From a candidate division WOR-1 bacterium RIFOXYB2_FULL_42_35 (lineage in GTDB: Bacteria > Margulisbacteria > WOR-1 > O2-12-FULL-45-9), in NCBI GenBank assembly GCA_001771545.1, contig MEUC01000029.1:1445-65444 (forward strand): a stretch of DNA of 64,000 nucleotides. Direction: 5' to 3'. The notes beneath the pieces were generated by a model that saw nothing but the letters and a program-made list of their open reading frames with translations, was not told the origin of the DNA and did no database searches. Numbering within the stretch: position 1 is the first letter of the stretch; each line of letters starts with the position of its first letter. Of the stretch, positions 30,091 through 41,252 are shown piece after piece. A program made the position numbers and the translations under genes.

Positions 30091-31155
30091 TTCCCCCAAA
30101 GAATCCTCAATCTTCCCTTTCTTAATCAAACTCCGTAAATTTTGAAACCACTGCAAACCATGCTCAAACAAATTGTAGAACAAGAGACTATGGGAAAAGT
30201 CGTAGGCACCAATATATTTAACAACTTTACCGCCAAAACCTTTTTTGAAACGATAAACACCAAACAATGGGTGCCCCTCAACAGGATTAGCAGGAATGCC
30301 CCACAAATCATAGGTTTTATAGCCTTTTTCTTTGGCCCATTGAATAATCTGCCAATGCAATAAGTGGTTGGGCATTTTATTGCGATGTTCTGAAGTTGAA
30401 GCCCCATACATGTACCAGACCTTGGAACCAAAGAAAAAAACAATTACCCCGGCAATCGGCATATTATTATAACAAGCAATAAAGTTTGTCCCTAGGCCCT
30501 TTTCAAAGAGAGTCTTTCTAATGGCCTGATAATATTTCAAGGGATGGACTAAGAAGTTGTCCCTCTGAGCGGTTTTTTCATACATCTCATAGAAAATATT
30601 GATCCCCTGCTCACTCGGATCCTCTCGGACGATAATGACCTTTTTCTCCGCCAAACGCACATTGTAGCGGGTTTTCTCATCAAAGCTCATGAGGATTTTA
30701 TCTGCATCAGGTTGTAAGTCCAAAAGAATAGTTGCCCGTGGCTGGATTTGCTTTTTAGCCTTTTCAAAACCTGAACTATTGATAGTATCTAAAACCAAAT
30801 GTTGATTCTCCAACACAGCTGGATCAACCTTGAGAGAAATCGCCTTATGTTTTTCGGCTTCTTTTTCTACTGCATCAAGTAAAAATCCTAAAAGTTGGCG
30901 GTTGCCAAAATCTACAACTGGACCGCGAGGGGCATAGAAAATTGAATGTTTGATGTAGGGAATTTCTCGTTTAAGAATCGATATACCAGCAACTATTTTG
31001 CCCTGATCCTCCATTGCGATGCGAATCGGCTGCCAACCAAATTGTGATTTCAATTCTCCCCATTCAAATGATTGCAGGACTGGACATTCGGAAGAATTAG
31101 CCACAAAATCATTCCACAGTTTTCTATCAGGATAAGTAATTAGTCGGGATTGCAT
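30088..31155 (-). CDS. FemAB-family peptidoglycan peptide-bridge aminoacyl-tRNA transferase (FemX-like).
   Basis: Fem/GNAT tandem-fold motifs …KVWYMYGASTSEHRN… Adjacent to murE. Confidence 0.7.
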   Translation of the reverse strand: MQSRLITYPDRKLWNDFVANSSECPVLQSFEWGELKSQFGWQPIRIAMEDQGKIVAGISILKREIPYIKHSIFYAPRGPVVDFGNRQLLGFLLDAVEKEAEKHKAISLKVDPAVLENQHLVLDTINSSGFEKAKKQIQPRATILLDLQPDADKILMSFDEKTRYNVRLAEKKVIIVREDPSEQGINIFYEMYEKTAQRDNFLVHPLKYYQAIRKTLFEKGLGTNFIACYNNMPIAGVIVFFFGSKVWYMYGASTSEHRNKMPNHLLHWQIIQWAKEKGYKTYDLWGIPANPVEGHPLFGVYRFKKGFGGKVVKYIGAYDFSHSLLFYNLFEHGLQWFQNLRSLIKKGKIEDSLGE

Positions 31156-31366
31156 GTCTAACGGTTATTATATCAACCATTAATTAGAAGGACAAACAAA
31201 AAGCGCCCGGCTTTAGCTTTCAAATCCTGCAAGGGACTTACTCGCCAAAGCCAGGCTGTTTTTTATTCGTCCCCGATGTAACATCGGAAAACAGGAATAA
31301 GTCTTGGACTTAATTTTGCACGCTCTGCATTTCCGTAGAGATACAAACTCCGGCATCTTTAAGTAT

Positions 31367-31448
31367 TCGACCAGGTGAACCGCGTTGTTGTTATAACGAT
31401 TATCAGGGTTGTTGTTGTTGTTGCGGTTCGCGTTGTTCAGAGAACGCC
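31367..31448 (-). repeat. DGR template repeat (TR), adenine-rich on the minus strand with AAC codons.
   Basis: 82-bp match to 32845-32926 with 12 mismatches. All 12 are A in this copy (minus strand). Confidence 0.85.
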
Positions 31449-31460
31449 GGATTTACAGGC

Positions 31461-32456
31461 TTATCCCTTTATTAAAATATTAGAAAACAATTTTCTCCTT
31501 AGATGGAATGAATTGGCAAATACGGCGTACCCCAGCCAGCTTTGTATTGAGCAAGTAATCTTGGGTATGGACATTAAGTTGCTTTGAAAAAGGCTGATAT
31601 ATTTTCTCATTCTTATTTTAAAGCGCTTGACGTTTTCTTTGGCCACCAGCTTATGGCTGGGATAAACCTTATAGCCAAGAAACTTCACGCCGTTCTTAGT
31701 TGGATAGACCTGGCATTTATTAGCATGCAGTTGCAGCTTTAGCTTTTCAAGATAATCAGCAATTCTTTTTCTGGCCTGGTTTAGCTGTCCTTTATCATTA
31801 CCAAATACTATCAGGTCGTCCATATAACGGAGGTAAAACCGGCATTTAAGGTTTTCTTTTAAATAATGGTCTAACCCATTGAGATAAAGATTGGCAAATA
31901 TCTGGCTAGCTAAATTCCCAATCGGAATCCCAGGAGAAGGTGTTGAATCAATAATTAGTTTAATCAGCCAAAGAGCTTCCGGGTCTTTTATCTTATCCAT
32001 AATCATCCCGAGTAAGATTTCGTGATCTATGGAAGCAAAATAGTTTTTAACGTCGCACTTCAAAGCATATTTATTTTTGCGGCAATATACTTGAAACCGG
32101 CTAACAGCCCGATGGCTGCCTTTGCTTTTCCGGCAAGCGTAGGAATCGAAGATCAGCACCCGATCAAAAATGGGCTCAATGACATTGCAAAGTGCATGCT
32201 GGGCAACTCGATCTCGGTAAGGCAAGGCACTGATTAGTCTCTTTTTCGGATCATAGATATGGAATTGCTTGTAGTGACCAACCCGATATGTGTGGCTTTG
32301 GAGTTCTGCCTGAAGAGTAAAAATCTCTTTTTCAAAACCAAGATTAAAATCGCTGACAGGGGTTTTGAGCTTCTTGCCTCTCTGGGCCTTCCCGGCCGCT
32401 AAAAGGAGGTTCTCAAAAGAGCAGATTTTCTCATAAAGATTATGATGCCTTTTCAT
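31461..32456 (-). CDS. Diversity-generating-retroelement reverse transcriptase.
   Basis: RT motifs …RYMDDLIVFG… and the DGR-specific IPIGNLASQIFANLYLNGLD. Flanked by TR and VR. Confidence 0.85.
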   Translation of the reverse strand: MKRHHNLYEKICSFENLLLAAGKAQRGKKLKTPVSDFNLGFEKEIFTLQAELQSHTYRVGHYKQFHIYDPKKRLISALPYRDRVAQHALCNVIEPIFDRVLIFDSYACRKSKGSHRAVSRFQVYCRKNKYALKCDVKNYFASIDHEILLGMIMDKIKDPEALWLIKLIIDSTPSPGIPIGNLASQIFANLYLNGLDHYLKENLKCRFYLRYMDDLIVFGNDKGQLNQARKRIADYLEKLKLQLHANKCQVYPTKNGVKFLGYKVYPSHKLVAKENVKRFKIRMRKYISLFQSNLMSIPKITCSIQSWLGYAVFANSFHLRRKLFSNILIKG

Positions 32457-32778
32457 GTTTTAGCCAGCCCCCAACCTGGGAACCGATTTCCAAAAGATAT
32501 CGGGCAGCGAACTCATAGCTCTTAAGATTGATCAAACGCAGATCATGGCTAAGGCGAAACAGATAGCGCAGCTTTTCAATTTCAAGATTTGCGTTCTTAA
32601 GCGCATTAGTTTTGTCTTTGGAATATTGGGCTTCAATGAGAAGCTCCAACAGGCCAATTACTTTATTTTCGATTCTTTCTCCGAGGGTATATCTTTGATT
32701 GCGCGGGAACTTCGCAATGTGGGGGACGACCCATCTGAGGAAATCATAGGAACAGGTTACGACTTTTGGCCCTTCCAT
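32440..32778 (-). CDS. Probable DGR accessory variability determinant (Avd-like small helical protein).
   Basis: 112-aa helical ORF between the VR-bearing target and the RT. Overlaps the RT start by 17 nt. Confidence 0.5.
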   Translation of the reverse strand: MEGPKVVTCSYDFLRWVVPHIAKFPRNQRYTLGERIENKVIGLLELLIEAQYSKDKTNALKNANLEIEKLRYLFRLSHDLRLINLKSYEFAARYLLEIGSQVGGWLKHEKAS

Positions 32779-32837
32779 ATTATGCTAAAATTTTCCTTCC
32801 CCACCCCTAAAAAAGTAAAAGGATAAAGCTTAATTTA

Positions 32838-33500
32838 TTAGTCCTCGACCAGGTGAACCGCGCTGCTGCCATAACGATCATCAGGGCTGCTGCTGAAGTT
32901 GCGGTTCGCGTAGTACAGAGAACGCCAATAGTAGGTGTCACTCCCCTTGCTGCTTTCTACCAAAAACCAATTATTCCCTCTCAGTTTAGCTTTCACATCA
33001 GCTGGTAAAGCCACAAATTCAGCCTCAGTCATAAACCTAAACTTTCTGCCTCGTTCATTTGCTCCTTTAATATAGTTCTTCGCATCATCCACATTTAAAA
33101 ACGTCAATGTCTCTCCGCTCGGCTCTTTCAAGCGGTCCCGAAGCGCTTCCTTGTTATGGCCGCTAACTTTCTCTGGCTTTAAGAATTGTGCGGCTTCAGC
33201 GTCTGTTAATTCTCCTATCATTATTTTTTTATAAGTTTGCCCCTCAACATTAAGCATATGCGGGAAAATTGTCTCGGGCTGGACTATATCCACAAGTTCT
33301 ATTTGAATGGCAACAGGATCTCGCCTTTGAGCTAGTAGAGATGGGAGGTCAGCGACCTTGTCTTCTGGTCTAAAACCTGGTCCTTTATGACCTGCCAGTC
33401 TTTTTGCCATTGCCTCTACTTTGGCTTTGTCTGACACTCCATCACTGGCACGGACTAGAACAGAACCTAAACTCTTTTTATCAATCCTTAAAAAACTCAT
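32838..33500 (-). CDS. DGR variable (target) protein with a minimal C-type-lectin/FGE-like fold. The VR lies at the C-terminus.
   Basis: …RKFRFMTEAEFVA… then WRSLYYANRNFSSSPDDRYGSSAVHLVED, encoded by the VR. Confidence 0.75.
   Translation of the reverse strand: MSFLRIDKKSLGSVLVRASDGVSDKAKVEAMAKRLAGHKGPGFRPEDKVADLPSLLAQRRDPVAIQIELVDIVQPETIFPHMLNVEGQTYKKIMIGELTDAEAAQFLKPEKVSGHNKEALRDRLKEPSGETLTFLNVDDAKNYIKGANERGRKFRFMTEAEFVALPADVKAKLRGNNWFLVESSKGSDTYYWRSLYYANRNFSSSPDDRYGSSAVHLVED
32845..32926 (-). repeat. DGR variable repeat (VR).
   Basis: Pairs with the TR at 31367-31448. The substitutions A→G (8) and A→T (4) all fall at TR adenines. Confidence 0.85.
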
Positions 33501-33588
33501 TCATCTTCCTCCTCGCATTGCCCTTGTTAAACCTGGCGGGCTTTGCTAATATATATATCGTAAGGTTTTTTAAGAAATTTCAGTTTAT

Positions 33589-33897
33589 TTGAAAATAGTT
33601 TTGGGAGGAGAAGGCATGGTGCCAAAAAAAGAACTTAACACGGCAGTTAAACTCGCCAAAGAATACGGTGTGGGAAAATTGTATTTGTTTGGGTCTTCTT
33701 TGCATAAAAAATCCAGCGCAGTGAACGATTACGACTTCGCCGTAGCAGGCATCGCCCCTTCCAGGTTCTTTGCGTTTTATGGCAAATTATTTAGGGCTTT
33801 AAGCAAACCCGTCGATCTTGTCGATCTTTCGGAAAAATCTCTTTTTAATTCTCTCATAATAAGGGAAGGGAAGAAAATCTATGATAAATCTTCCTGA
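33589..33897 (+). CDS. Minimal nucleotidyltransferase (MntA-like antitoxin).
   Basis: GKLYLFGSSLHKKSSAVNDYDFAV matches the pol-beta NTase motif GS…D.D. Its 3' end overlaps the following HEPN gene. Confidence 0.65.
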   Translation: MKIVLGGEGMVPKKELNTAVKLAKEYGVGKLYLFGSSLHKKSSAVNDYDFAVAGIAPSRFFAFYGKLFRALSKPVDLVDLSEKSLFNSLIIREGKKIYDKSS

Positions 33898-34297
33898 GAA
33901 AATTTCCGCAGAAATAGACAATATAGAAAAATCCCTGGCCAATCTTTCCTCGCCCCTAAAGAAAAAGAAGAAATCAATTATAGAAATAGCGGGGATGGCC
34001 GCTTTCATCCAAAACATTTACAATGGTATCGAAAACATTTTAAAACAAATATTGAAGTCCAAAAACGTTTCTGTTGCTCACCCTGAAATATGGCACAAGG
34101 AATTACTGGAAAAATCAGTTAAAAACAACATCATCCCCGACGAGCTGGCCGAAGCACTTTACGAGTATCTCACCTTCAGGCATTTTTTTATCCATTCTTA
34201 TAGTTTTATGCTGGACAAAAAAAAAGTAGTTGCGCTGGCAAACAACATAAACAAGCTTTGGCAAAAGTTTTTAGGAGAAATAAAACCTTACCGGTAA
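33881..34297 (+). CDS. HEPN-domain (HepT-like) toxin.
   Basis: The R-x4-H motif in …[10 protein letters not shown]…. Confidence 0.6.
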   Translation: MINLPEKISAEIDNIEKSLANLSSPLKKKKKSIIEIAGMAAFIQNIYNGIENILKQILKSKNVSVAHPEIWHKELLEKSVKNNIIPDELAEALYEYLTFRHFFIHSYSFMLDKKKVVALANNINKLWQKFLGEIKPYR

Positions 34298-34334
34298 CAG
34301 CCAGGCCGCAAACTATTATAAAAAATGCAGCTTT

Positions 34335-34916
34335 TTGGAAAAAAATATGCTCTTAATGATCGATAATTACGACTCTTTCACCTACAACCTGGTGCAATAC
34401 CTGGGGGAATTGGGTGAGAATCTGAAAGTTTATCGTAATGATCAACTCACTATCGAAGATATCAAAAAGCTCAAACCAAACAAAATCGTCATCTCCCCCG
34501 GGCCCGGTTATCCTGCTGGTGCTGGCATTTCCATTGAAGTCATAAAAACTTTTGCCGGTAAAGTCCCAATTTTAGGTGTCTGTTTAGGTCATCAAGCTAT
34601 TGCCGAAGCTTTTGGCGGAAAAATAATCAGAGCCAAACGCTTAATGCACGGTAAGACTTCCGAAGTAAAGCACGATGGTAAAACTATTTTTAAGGGGCTA
34701 GATAACCCTTTCACAGCTACCCGTTATCATTCATTGATTGTGGATAGAAAAACCCTTCCTGACTGTTTTGAAATAACGGCTACTGCTATTGATAATAAAG
34801 ATGAAATCATGGGCATGAGACACAAGAAATTTAAATTAGAAGGTGTTCAGTTTCATCCTGAATCTATTTTGACTTCTGCGGGGAAGCAGCTGCTACATAA
34901 TTTTCTGGTGCTTTAG
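34335..34916 (+). CDS. Anthranilate / aminodeoxychorismate synthase glutamine-amidotransferase component II.
   Basis: [19 protein letters not shown]…GVCLGHQAI… (class-I GATase catalytic Cys). Either trpG or pabA. Confidence 0.85.
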   Translation: MEKNMLLMIDNYDSFTYNLVQYLGELGENLKVYRNDQLTIEDIKKLKPNKIVISPGPGYPAGAGISIEVIKTFAGKVPILGVCLGHQAIAEAFGGKIIRAKRLMHGKTSEVKHDGKTIFKGLDNPFTATRYHSLIVDRKTLPDCFEITATAIDNKDEIMGMRHKKFKLEGVQFHPESILTSAGKQLLHNFLVL

Positions 34917-34924
34917 AATATCAG

Positions 34925-35052
34925 TATACCAGTGAATCAGAGCGAGAGTATCAGAGAAACAGAATATTAGAAAATCAGAGCACGAATTATTATCTGATAT
35001 TCTGATCATCTAATAATCTAATATTCTGGCTCTGATACACTGATTCACTGAT
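34925..35052. repeat. Nested inverted-repeat structure built from ATCAGAG/CTCTGAT units.
   Basis: CCAGTGAATCAGAGC…GTATCAGAGAAACAGAATATTAG ‖ CTAATATTCTGGCTCTGATAC…CACTGATTCACTG. It lies between convergent genes. Confidence 0.6.
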
Positions 35053-35055
35053 GCT

Positions 35056-35322
35056 CTACTTTTTGCTCTTCTTTTCTATCTTCGGTTTATCAACTGTTCC
35101 CTTTTCAATAGGTTTAGCAGAAGACTTGGATTCTTTATGCGGCTTTTTCCCATAATCAGTGACATGAAAACCCGAACCTTTAAAGATTATCCCTGCAGCA
35201 GAAATTAAACGAAAAATGGACCCTTTGCATTCAGGACAAAACTTTAAAGGCTCTTCCTTAATACTTTGTTTGATTTCAAAGATATGGCCGCATTGTTTAC
35301 ATTTATAATCGTAGAGTGGCAT
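35056..35322 (-). CDS. FmdB-family zinc-ribbon protein.
   Basis: MPLYDYKCKQCGH…CPECKG. Confidence 0.7.
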   Translation of the reverse strand: MPLYDYKCKQCGHIFEIKQSIKEEPLKFCPECKGSIFRLISAAGIIFKGSGFHVTDYGKKPHKESKSSAKPIEKGTVDKPKIEKKSKK

Positions 35323-35666
35323 AAGAAAGTTTATTATACGGGAGTTAAAGGAAAGCCGTCAAGCTGCTTTAAGCAGCTGGATCTACTTTAACAATATTAA
35401 GGGAGGATAAAGATTGAGGATTAGTGCAATAAACCCCCTTCATTCCAGGAACTTGCTCACATTTATCTAAGCCTTTTTTCAGAACATCTGTAAATTTTGC
35501 TTCAAGGCCTTCAGGCAAAGCAGGGGCATGAATCCCATATAAATTAAAGGACTCTAATCCTAAGCCACTAATAGCATTCATCAATTACTCCAATTCAACA
35601 GGCTTAATCTAGTTTAGTTTCGCTTCTATTATTATTATCGTAACAAAGAGGGAAAAACTTGCGTGG

Positions 35667-37289
<1,623 letters not shown>

Positions 37290-37297
<8 letters not shown>

Positions 37298-37640
37298 AAA
37301 TGGTCCCCTTCTTTATATTATCAACAACTTGCTTAACGCGAATATCTCTTATCCCTGCAGGAGTTAAAAGATCAACTTTTCTACCAAATGAATCTTCAAG
37401 AAAAAAAGCCAAATCCATAAAATTATCAAAACTGGTTTTCTTAAATTCAACAACCAAATCTATATCACTTTGGCTACTTTGTTCACCCCGGGCAAAAGAA
37501 CCAAACAAGCCAATGCGTTTAACATTAAATTTCTGCAAAACCCCGCTATTTTTCTTTAAAAAGCCTAAAATATCATCAGCCGTAAGATTTTTGCCATCTT
37601 TTCCTTTTTTATCATCTTTCATGTTTATTAGTATACCCAA
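37290..37640 (-). CDS. Nucleotidyltransferase antitoxin (MntA family).
   Basis: IGLFGSFARGEQSSQSDIDLVV. Confidence 0.7.
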
Positions 37641-37664
37641 TTAAAAATTTGGGGTCAAACATTC

Positions 37665-39074
37665 TCATAACGAAGGATCAAACCATGTAGTTGAAGTTGA
37701 TGTCCCAGAGGTATATGGAGTATCAATAAAGTAAATGTCCTTTTTAGAAAACCTATCTCTAATTTCATCTGCTTCATTGAACAACTTTTTGCTTCTAGCA
37801 ATGTTTCTTTGTTCTCTGGATTTTTTAACATCATCTGGCTCTGGCTTAGCCGCAATATTCAATCCCAAAACATTACAGAACTTATCTACCGTTTTTTTAG
37901 CCTCAGATAAAAGCTGTATTGTAGCCTGCTTCTTAGAAATAACCCCATCAACAAAATCCAACAAAGAAAAAAGAGAAGCTAAGGCTAAGGCCGTGTTGAA
38001 ATCATCATCCATCGCACAAAAAAACTCCTCTCTTAATTGGTTAAGATAAGAAAGGTCGATTTCCCCTTCATTAACAAATTCTAGGCATCGATTCATCTTC
38101 ATCACAGACGCAATTAGCCTTCTAAAGGCAACAGAATGCTCTTTCAGGTCACCATCAGAAAAATCTATCGGACTTCTATAATGAGTCGACAAGAAAAACA
38201 ATCTCACCACCATCGGATCGAACTGTTTAAATATATCTCGCAGGGTAAAGAAATTACCCAAAGACTTTGACATCTTTTGTTTATTAATGTTTACAAAGCC
38301 ATTATGCAGCCAGTATTTGACCCAAGGGACTTTGCAGGTTTCCGCTTCAGTCTGCGCAATCTCATTTTCATGATGAGGGAAAATTAGATCTCTGCCTCCA
38401 CCATGGATATCAAACTGCTCACCCAAGTATTTAGTGGACATAACAGAACACTCGATGTGCCAGCCTGGCCGGCCCTTACCCCAAGGCGAAGCCCAAGAAG
38501 GTTCCCCTTCTTTAGCTGCTTTCCATAAAGCAAAGTCTAGGGGACTTTTTTTCCGCTCATCAACAGCAACCCTGGCTCCTGACAACAAATCTTCTTTTTT
38601 ACGTTTAGAAAGTTTGCCATAATCTTTGAATTTATCAATTTCAAAATAGACGTCACCGTCAATCTCATAAGCAAACCCCTTGGCAATTAAACCTTCAACC
38701 CACTTAATCATCTCTTTAATATGATCGGTAGCTTTAACATATTCCTTCGGGGGGAGAACGTTGAGTTTTTCCATAACTTCTTTATAAGAATCCATAAAAC
38801 TGGTAGCGATTGATTCAACGGTTGTTCCACCGTCTTGAGCTTTTTTGATAAGTTTATCGTCAATGTCTGTAACATTTTGAAAATACTCAACTTCAAAACC
38901 GGAAAATTCTAAATAGCGGCGCACAATATCAAAAGTAACATACGCACGCCCATGACCCAAATGGGTTTCATCATAGGGGGTAATACCACAAACATACATC
39001 TTAACTTTGTCTGGATTAATAGGCTGAAAGTTTTCTTTTTCTTGACTAAGCGTGTTGTAGATCTTAAGAGGCAT
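37665..39074 (-). CDS. cysS: Cysteinyl-tRNA synthetase.
   Basis: HLGHGRAYV (HIGH) and KMSKSLGN. Confidence 0.9.
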   Translation of the reverse strand: MPLKIYNTLSQEKENFQPINPDKVKMYVCGITPYDETHLGHGRAYVTFDIVRRYLEFSGFEVEYFQNVTDIDDKLIKKAQDGGTTVESIATSFMDSYKEVMEKLNVLPPKEYVKATDHIKEMIKWVEGLIAKGFAYEIDGDVYFEIDKFKDYGKLSKRKKEDLLSGARVAVDERKKSPLDFALWKAAKEGEPSWASPWGKGRPGWHIECSVMSTKYLGEQFDIHGGGRDLIFPHHENEIAQTEAETCKVPWVKYWLHNGFVNINKQKMSKSLGNFFTLRDIFKQFDPMVVRLFFLSTHYRSPIDFSDGDLKEHSVAFRRLIASVMKMNRCLEFVNEGEIDLSYLNQLREEFFCAMDDDFNTALALASLFSLLDFVDGVISKKQATIQLLSEAKKTVDKFCNVLGLNIAAKPEPDDVKKSREQRNIARSKKLFNEADEIRDRFSKKDIYFIDTPYTSGTSTSTTWFDPSL

Positions 39075-39680
39075 TTACTTTAGCTTCTCTTCTAAGGTTT
39101 TAATACGATTATTGAGCTCATCAAAGGCTTTGTGGACAGGATCAGGCAAAGAACCATGTTCAAGTGGGGCAAGTTTTCTACCTTCACGCCGTACAATCCA
39201 GCAAGGATTACCGACGACAGTAGTGTCAGCCGGCACAGCTTTCGTTACCACAGCTCCAGCTCCGATGCGGGCATTATCACCAATAGTAATTGCGCCAAGA
39301 ATAATTGCCCCGGCTCCAATCACAACATCATTGCCAATTGTTGGATGCCTTTTACCTTTTTCTTTCCCGGTACCACCTAAGGTCACACCTTGGAAAAGAG
39401 TCACATTTTCTCCTATCACCGTAGTTTCCCCAATCACCACCCCTGCCCCATGATCGATAAAAAAACACTTGCCAATTTTTGCGCCAGGATGAATTTCAAT
39501 CCCTGTTAACAACCTGGAGATCTGAGAAACCAAACGGGGCAGAATCGGTAAGTGTAATCGGTAAAATAGATTGGCTAAACGATGAAACCAGATTGCCCAT
39601 AAGCCTTGATAAAGCAAAACCTCAAAAATATTTCTAGCTGCCGGGTCGTTGGTAAAAACTGCTTTGATATCGTCAAACAT
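39075..39680 (-). CDS. cysE: Serine O-acetyltransferase.
   Basis: Left-handed beta-helix hexapeptide repeats plus an SAT N-terminal helical domain. Confidence 0.8.
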   Translation of the reverse strand: MFDDIKAVFTNDPAARNIFEVLLYQGLWAIWFHRLANLFYRLHLPILPRLVSQISRLLTGIEIHPGAKIGKCFFIDHGAGVVIGETTVIGENVTLFQGVTLGGTGKEKGKRHPTIGNDVVIGAGAIILGAITIGDNARIGAGAVVTKAVPADTTVVGNPCWIVRREGRKLAPLEHGSLPDPVHKAFDELNNRIKTLEEKLK

Positions 39681-40213
39681 TATACCCTCCGATCAAAAAA
39701 AGGATTTTTACCTGAAACTGATAAGGGAATACCAAAAGCAATCTTAACTTCGCTGACCAACAACTTTAACTCTAGCGCAGCTAAACCAATGGTATACATA
39801 ACCCTGTTATCCAAACGATGGTCAGTCGCGACTGAAACAGCTGAACCAACTGCTATACCCAGATCTCCCGGGTTAAAAACACAAATGCCTTTATTCTTTT
39901 CGTTTTCCGCACAATTGGGAAAACCACACAACCCACAATATCTTAAGCCCATGGTTTTTAGCTTCGTACCAATCAAGACAATAGCTTGTGCCTGGAGGAT
40001 ATTTTGACTGTCACGTAAAAATGTCGCATTATTTTCTCTCTGACCGATCTGCTCCATCTTTTGTGAAACTTTTTTAATATCACCACCACTTATAACCACC
40101 ATTTCTAAAAGATCTAAACCTTTGCCTTTGGGTGCTGTGCGAGCAGCCAAACACATTTGTTGTGCAATTACGATAACCTGTTCCTCTTTAAAATCTTTCT
40201 CGTTCTTTAACAT
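39680..40213 (-). CDS. DUF2148-type ferredoxin-like protein.
   Basis: Strongly resembles DUF2148 members as I recall them (…[10 protein letters not shown]…CGLCGF…[10 protein letters not shown]…[16 protein letters not shown]). Confidence 0.55.
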   Translation of the reverse strand: MLKNEKDFKEEQVIVIAQQMCLAARTAPKGKGLDLLEMVVISGGDIKKVSQKMEQIGQRENNATFLRDSQNILQAQAIVLIGTKLKTMGLRYCGLCGFPNCAENEKNKGICVFNPGDLGIAVGSAVSVATDHRLDNRVMYTIGLAALELKLLVSEVKIAFGIPLSVSGKNPFFDRRV

Positions 40214-40256
40214 AATTATTTTCCGCTGACTACTGCGCTACAGTGCTCCTAGTAGT

Positions 40257-41252
40257 TTACTTGACTAATTTTTCGAGTAGCTCCAACTGATCCTGAGTTC
40301 CAATTACTACTAAAATATCACCCTTCTCAATTTTTGAGCCTGCTAAAGGCTGTAAATTGAAAGCCCCATCAGACTTACGAATAGCCAAGATAGTTGCCCC
40401 GGATTTTTGCCTGACCTCTGCTTCGGCAATTGATTTATTAACTATTGGTGAGCGATCAGAGATAGAAAACTCGTGCAAACTAAATTCCAAATGCTCGCCG
40501 TGCATCACCATGTCAAGAAAATCACTGGCCACCGGGCGGACGGCTAAAGCAGCCATTCTGCGGCCGGAAATAAAATAAGGAGAAATAACTCGATTAGCTC
40601 CGGCAAACTTTAACTTATTTTCGGCCTCTTTGCCGCTGGCTCGCGCTACAATATAGACAGTTTGGCTAAGGGCACGAGCAGAAAGTGTTACAAAAACATT
40701 GTTAACATCAGAATCTGCCGCCGCAATTAAACCAGTAGCCCTTTCCACCCCAGCTTCCTTAAGTTTATTATCAGAAGTCGGGTCACCAATAATATAAGGG
40801 ACTCCTTTGGGATCCAACTCTTGGGCTATTTCTTCCTTACTATCAACAACAAGGTATGATATATTTGCGGCCTCCAATTCTTTGGCAATTTGATGGCCAA
40901 CGCGACCAAACCCGGAAATTATATAATGATCCTTGATATCCCTAATCTTCTTTTCCATTCTTCTTCTCCTTCTATAACCAAAAATTTGTCCTTCAATAAT
41001 CATTTCACCAACCTGACCGGCAAAATAAATCGCCGTACCCACCCCACTAATAATGATCCCCATTGTTAATATTCTGCCGGCTGAAGAAAGCTCGTGAACC
41101 TCGCGAAAGCCAACAGTAGATAAAGTGGTTACCAGCATGTAAACAGAGTCAATAAACGACCAACCTTCCAGGATTCTGTATCCCACAATCCCAGCTAAGC
41201 TGATTATCACCAGCGTGAAGATGGGCGCTAGTAAACGGGTAAAAGGGTTCAT
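40257..41252 (-). CDS. Ion-channel protein with cytoplasmic TrkA-N/TrkA-C (RCK) domains.
   Basis: A two-TM pore-like region …TLSTVGF… followed by GFGRVGHQIAKEL (Rossmann TrkA-N). Confidence 0.65.
   Translation of the reverse strand: MNPFTRLLAPIFTLVIISLAGIVGYRILEGWSFIDSVYMLVTTLSTVGFREVHELSSAGRILTMGIIISGVGTAIYFAGQVGEMIIEGQIFGYRRRRRMEKKIRDIKDHYIISGFGRVGHQIAKELEAANISYLVVDSKEEIAQELDPKGVPYIIGDPTSDNKLKEAGVERATGLIAAADSDVNNVFVTLSARALSQTVYIVARASGKEAENKLKFAGANRVISPYFISGRRMAALAVRPVASDFLDMVMHGEHLEFSLHEFSISDRSPIVNKSIAEAEVRQKSGATILAIRKSDGAFNLQPLAGSKIEKGDILVVIGTQDQLELLEKLVK

Noticed and set aside
31375-31587. Plus-strand ORF 'MNRVVVITIIRVVVVVAVRVV…'
   Set aside because: It is the antisense translation of the A-rich DGR template repeat (GTT runs giving Val). 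It is not a gene.
35369-35584. 71-aa minus-strand ORF between fmdB and serS
   Set aside because: It has no recognisable features and may be a chance ORF. It was left uncalled.
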